Shown here in pieces: positions 46,189-49,753 of a stretch of DNA of 49,753 bases. The notes below the pieces were generated by a model. That model saw only the letters and a list, made by a program, of their open reading frames with translations, was not told the origin of the DNA and searched no databases. Numbering within the stretch: position 1 is the first letter of the stretch; every line of letters starts with the position of its first letter. Source of the stretch: Bdellovibrionota bacterium (GTDB lineage Bacteria; Bdellovibrionota_C; UBA2361; JBGSMV01); contig JBIKWF010000019.1 of assembly GCA_044356455.1 (NCBI GenBank), positions 1-49,753 on the forward strand, written 5' to 3'. The translations under genes and the position numbers were made by a program.

Positions 46189-47502
46189 CTACTCCTCAAG
46201 CATCATCTTCCCAACTTTGCGCCCATATTCGACCGCGTAATTGGTGCCCCTATCCTCGGGGTATACTTGCGCCATGGTGCAAAGCCAGAGTCCCTTAAGC
46301 GGGGTCTTAAAGGGCGGGATTAATTCTGAATATCTTTTCGTTACTACTGGCTGGCTAAACTCGGCTCGCCATACCGCATAACCATGCAACCAATCCGTTG
46401 AAAATTCGGGGAACATGCGCTTAATAAAGGGCACCGAGTATGAGAAGACCTCCTCATCACTCATGGTGTAGAGCGCCTCGCTAGTCGGCAGATACTTAGA
46501 AAGGTACGCAATATGCTCTCCGCCAAAATTAGCCGGACTATCGAAATTCGTATGCTCAATTATCCCCACATAAGGGAAGGAAGGATCCGCAACGTTAAGC
46601 CAATAGGTCTCTGAGAGACTGTGCTTCATACGAAGCACGAGACATACATTTCCAAGAAATCGAATCTTGGAGGCAGGCTCAATAAACTCTTTGGGCAGAG
46701 AAGGAACCTGACTCAAGAATATGGGAAGAGGAACGGTACTGATTACCTGCGCCGCTTCAAGCAGCTGCCCTTCGATCTCAACGCCCGAGACCGCCCCTTG
46801 AGCATCAGAAACAACCTTAGTGACTTCAGCTCCGAGGCGGATTTCTACCCCTTTCGCAAGCAACGCACGCCCAAGCGCATCCGTGAGAGCTTGAAATCCC
46901 CCCTCGAAATAAAGCAACTCTTCTTTCCCCTTCTCTCCCCTGCTACTTCCGCGCAGTTTGAGTTTATTCCAAATCCACACCGCCGAAACGTTTTCAGCTT
47001 CAGGCCCAAACTTCCCACTGAGAAGCGGTTGCCAGATAACTTCGAACCCCTTCTTCCCGCCTATCTTCCTCATCCAATCTGCAGCGCTTATTTCTTCGAG
47101 TGGCTTCCACTGAGAAATTCGCCGCGCCACAAGAGCCATGATTCCTGTGCGGATGCGATCAAGAAAAGGAAGGGGCGTAAAACGGAGCAGGTCAAACGGA
47201 GAAGCAAGGCGAAATTGCTTATTGGCGTAGTACAGGCCAGTCCGAGATGAGAGGTGCCGCACATGGCTCGAAAGTCCCAGTTCTTCAATCAAGCCCAGAA
47301 TGGCGCGGTCGGAGGTGAACCAATGATGATAGAACTTTTCAATGCGGATGCCAGGCTGAAGCTCGAAGCTCCCGCCAAGACCGCCGAGAGCCTTGTCCTT
47401 TTCTAGGACAATTACCTTTTTCCCCGCCTTGGCGAGTTCTAGCGCAGCGCAAAGTCCAGAAAACCCTCCGCCCACCACCACTATCGGCTTTGATTCGACC
47501 AT
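46189..47502 (-). CDS. NAD(P)/FAD-dependent oxidoreductase (amine oxidase / HemY-like)
   Basis: VVGGGFSGL, LEK..LGGL, EKFYHHWF, QVYPEDRGTNYA. Confidence 0.9.
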   Translation of the reverse strand: MVESKPIVVVGGGFSGLCAALELAKAGKKVIVLEKDKALGGLGGSFELQPGIRIEKFYHHWFTSDRAILGLIEELGLSSHVRHLSSRTGLYYANKQFRLASPFDLLRFTPLPFLDRIRTGIMALVARRISQWKPLEEISAADWMRKIGGKKGFEVIWQPLLSGKFGPEAENVSAVWIWNKLKLRGSSRGEKGKEELLYFEGGFQALTDALGRALLAKGVEIRLGAEVTKVVSDAQGAVSGVEIEGQLLEAAQVISTVPLPIFLSQVPSLPKEFIEPASKIRFLGNVCLVLRMKHSLSETYWLNVADPSFPYVGIIEHTNFDSPANFGGEHIAYLSKYLPTSEALYTMSDEEVFSYSVPFIKRMFPEFSTDWLHGYAVWRAEFSQPVVTKRYSELIPPFKTPLKGLWLCTMAQVYPEDRGTNYAVEYGRKVGKMMLEE

Positions 47503-47632
47503 AGGGGGGATTGTTGGTCGCCTAGGGCAGGGACGTCAACGCCCCTCTTTGCAGCCAGAGAAGAATCCCGGCCTCTATAAGAGGAGCTCTGTTATTTCGG
47601 CGCTTTGGGGGCGAAGCGCTCTACCTTTGAAC

Positions 47633-47672
47633 AAAAAAAGGCGCCCAGAAGAATTTCTTCTTCTGGGCGCCT
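47633..47672 (-). terminator. Rho-independent terminator of the collagen-like gene
   Basis: AGGCGCCCAGAAGAA / TTCTTCTGGGCGCCT stem with an A7 run giving a U tail on the minus strand. Confidence 0.9.
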
Positions 47673-47693
47673 CTTGGTTATGAGATCCAAGTC

Positions 47694-48854
47694 TTAGTTA
47701 ATTCTTACATAACTGAGACCATGGAATGTACCCACACTGCACTTCATGCGGATAAACACATCTCCGTTCTGGTTTGCGGTTGCAAAGAACGTGGTAGAGA
47801 ACGGAGCTGAGCCGTCAGGGAAATTCGCCCCGCGCCCGCCGCCTCGCTTCCACAAGAAGTTAGTAGCAGATCCGCCCATCCAGTGCGAAACAGCTACCCA
47901 GGCATCAAACGGACTTGCATCGTCCGAGCTCGCCATGATCTCGCCCCAAACGGTTACGCTATAGAGCGCACCAGGAACGAGCTTATTGGTCGTTCCACTA
48001 GCACGCTGTGCGAGCGTTCCAAGCGAAATCCCCTTGGCGAGATCGCCTGGGAAGGCCGGAATTGAAGAGCAGTTACTTGGACCGGAAGGATCAAGATCGT
48101 TAAAAGGATCCGAAGTAAGATCGGCATCCCACCAGTCAAAGAAATCGCGCCCCCAGGCCGTGTTCACATTAGGACCTACAGGACCTTGAGGACCAGCAGG
48201 GCCGACTGGGCCTTGAGGGCCTTGGGCACCAGGTACACCTTGAGGACCAATAGGACCAGCAACGCCTTGAGCACCCTGAGGGCCTACCGCACCAGTGGCT
48301 CCCTGTGGACCTACAGGGCCAACTGCGCCAGTTAAGCCAATAGGACCCTGAGGGCCTGTGGCTCCGGTTAGTCCAATCGGGCCCTGTGCGCCCGTGGCTC
48401 CGGTAAGACCGATCGGACCTTGAGGACCAACGGGGCCTGCTACACCTTGAATTCCTTGAGGACCAGTCTCGCCTTGGAGACCTTGAGGGCCCACGGGACC
48501 TGTGACACCCTGAATGCCTTGAGGACCAGCAGCTCCGGTATCTCCCTTATCGCCCTTAGGACCTTGAGGACCAGCACCCTGCTGTGAAATGCGGGTTTGG
48601 ATCTGCTGATCAACATTTGCCTCAGTAAGAATTGTCGCTACCTTCCTGAAGCCCTTCCGACAGACGCCCGTCTTTGAAACGACGAGGGCCTGCACACGCG
48701 TTTTGGGATTCTTGGGATTGGCCAAGTTCTTGCGCTGACAAAGCACGTCAGCGCTTGCGTCGCTTGCTACTGCAAGCACAGCAGAAACTGCCACGAAAAC
48801 AAAAAACGACCACGCACCAGCGCTACGCCAATGCGCGCAAACAGAATTTTTCAT
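47694..48854 (-). CDS. Secreted collagen-like protein
   Basis: ATG at 48854 after GGTGGAG; signal peptide; 45 uninterrupted Gly-X-Y triplets; globular C-terminal domain. Confidence 0.92.
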   Translation of the reverse strand: MKNSVCAHWRSAGAWSFFVFVAVSAVLAVASDASADVLCQRKNLANPKNPKTRVQALVVSKTGVCRKGFRKVATILTEANVDQQIQTRISQQGAGPQGPKGDKGDTGAAGPQGIQGVTGPVGPQGLQGETGPQGIQGVAGPVGPQGPIGLTGATGAQGPIGLTGATGPQGPIGLTGAVGPVGPQGATGAVGPQGAQGVAGPIGPQGVPGAQGPQGPVGPAGPQGPVGPNVNTAWGRDFFDWWDADLTSDPFNDLDPSGPSNCSSIPAFPGDLAKGISLGTLAQRASGTTNKLVPGALYSVTVWGEIMASSDDASPFDAWVAVSHWMGGSATNFLWKRGGGRGANFPDGSAPFSTTFFATANQNGDVFIRMKCSVGTFHGLSYVRIN

Positions 48855-49045
48855 TGTTAGTTCTCCACCACCACTTATGTGCCGCCTTCCTTGATTCAGG
48901 ACTCGGCAGCGAGATAACGACAAGGGATATGCGAAGTTTTGCTAGAAATGTGTCTCAAGAATTCTCAGAAACATAAGAACGCCTAACCGCTTGTAATTAC
49001 AAGCCATTTCCGCCACCTACCTCCGCAGAAAGTCTCGGCTCTAAC

Positions 49046-49083
49046 AAAAAAACCCACCGAGAGCCTTGCTCTCGGTGGGTTTT
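49046..49083 (-). terminator. Rho-independent terminator downstream of pnp
   Basis: AAAACCCACCGAGAGC-CTT-GCTCTCGGTGGGTTTT with A7 run. Confidence 0.92.
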
Positions 49084-49223
49084 GAGAGGAATGGTGCCGC
49101 GTAGCCCCTTCCTCTTTCGGTGCATTTAACTACCTGATGCGGCAATCGCTGCGAGTGTCCCTAGATAAGAATAGTGTCCAATAGAACCCTGCGGGCTCAA
49201 CCGAACACTACCCTAATGACTAT

Positions 49224-49753
49224 TTACTGAGCTGGAACTCCACCCTTCATCTCAGCAATCGCCTCTTTGAGGGACAAGCGGATCTTTCCTTGACGATCAA
49301 CGTCGAGAACTTTCACCGTTACCTCATCTCCTTCCTTCACCACATCTTCGACGCGGCGCACGCGCTCGTCGGCAAGCTGCGAAATATGGATAAGGCCGTC
49401 CGTGCCAGGCAGGATTTCAACAAAGGCTCCGAAATCAGCAATGCGCTTAACGATTCCCTTATAGAGCTTCCCAACAACTGCTTCCTGGGTCAGGCTCTCA
49501 ACGATACCAATCGCGGCTCGAACCTTATCCTGGTCAAAGCCTGCGATAGAAATGGTGCCGTCATCCTCGATATCAATCTTGACGTCGCAAGATTCTGAGA
49601 TCGAGCGGATCATTTTTCCGCCTGGTCCAATGACGTCCTTGATCTTATCGGGATTGATTCTCAGCGAGACAATACGAGGCGCACGTTTGCTGAGCTCAAC
49701 TCGAGGCGCTCCAATCACTTGGCGCATTTGCTCAAGGATATAGAGACGACCAT
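49224..49753 (-). CDS. pnp: Polyribonucleotide nucleotidyltransferase, 3' part (KH and S1 domains)
   Basis: [43 protein letters not shown]; runs off the window end. Confidence 0.97.
   Translation of the reverse strand, partial: GRLYILEQMRQVIGAPRVELSKRAPRIVSLRINPDKIKDVIGPGGKMIRSISESCDVKIDIEDDGTISIAGFDQDKVRAAIGIVESLTQEAVVGKLYKGIVKRIADFGAFVEILPGTDGLIHISQLADERVRRVEDVVKEGDEVTVKVLDVDRQGKIRLSLKEAIAEMKGGVPAQ

Noticed and set aside
45903..46199. ORF containing SVNSVSSVV...TTEGTEFTE (similar ORFs at 3417, 4844, 11900, 28899)
   Set aside because: Shadow translations of the 9-bp-periodic repeat elements
1..49753. tRNA/rRNA genes and the remaining short overlapping ORFs
   Set aside because: No cloverleaf or rRNA signature recognised; the short ORFs are antisense or frame shadows of supported genes

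Overview
Bacterial chromosomal window of moderate GC. The gene mix (DUF4388/TPR pair, PilT, DUF5610, sigma54 and sigma28 motifs, many long orphan proteins) suggests a deltaproteobacteria-like or Bdellovibrionota-like lineage; this is inference only. Housekeeping genes (acnA, sufS, thrS, yacG, rpmG, rfbA, tyrS, pyrE-like, cysE, partial pnp) are interleaved with orphan genes and an accessory block at about 12.2-19.7 kb containing an HExxH protein, a SAM-methyltransferase-like protein and an IS91 remnant. The most notable signals are: (i) a dispersed MITE family with IS5-like ends, YTAR flanks and interchangeable palindromic cores; (ii) two back-to-back consensus sigma54 promoters upstream of one of two paralogous small proteins, while the other paralogue sits behind a 1.1-kb structured, repeat-rich non-coding region; (iii) a photoactive-yellow-protein homologue lacking the chromophore residues; (iv) a sigma28 plus CsrA-type leader on a DUF5610 gene, and a separate GGA-loop multi-hairpin element; (v) several apparently catalytically dead signalling domains; (vi) a G8-tract frameshift in a DUF3592 gene. 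No rRNA, tRNA or CRISPR array was recognised. All family assignments are from motif recognition by eye; no database searches were run.
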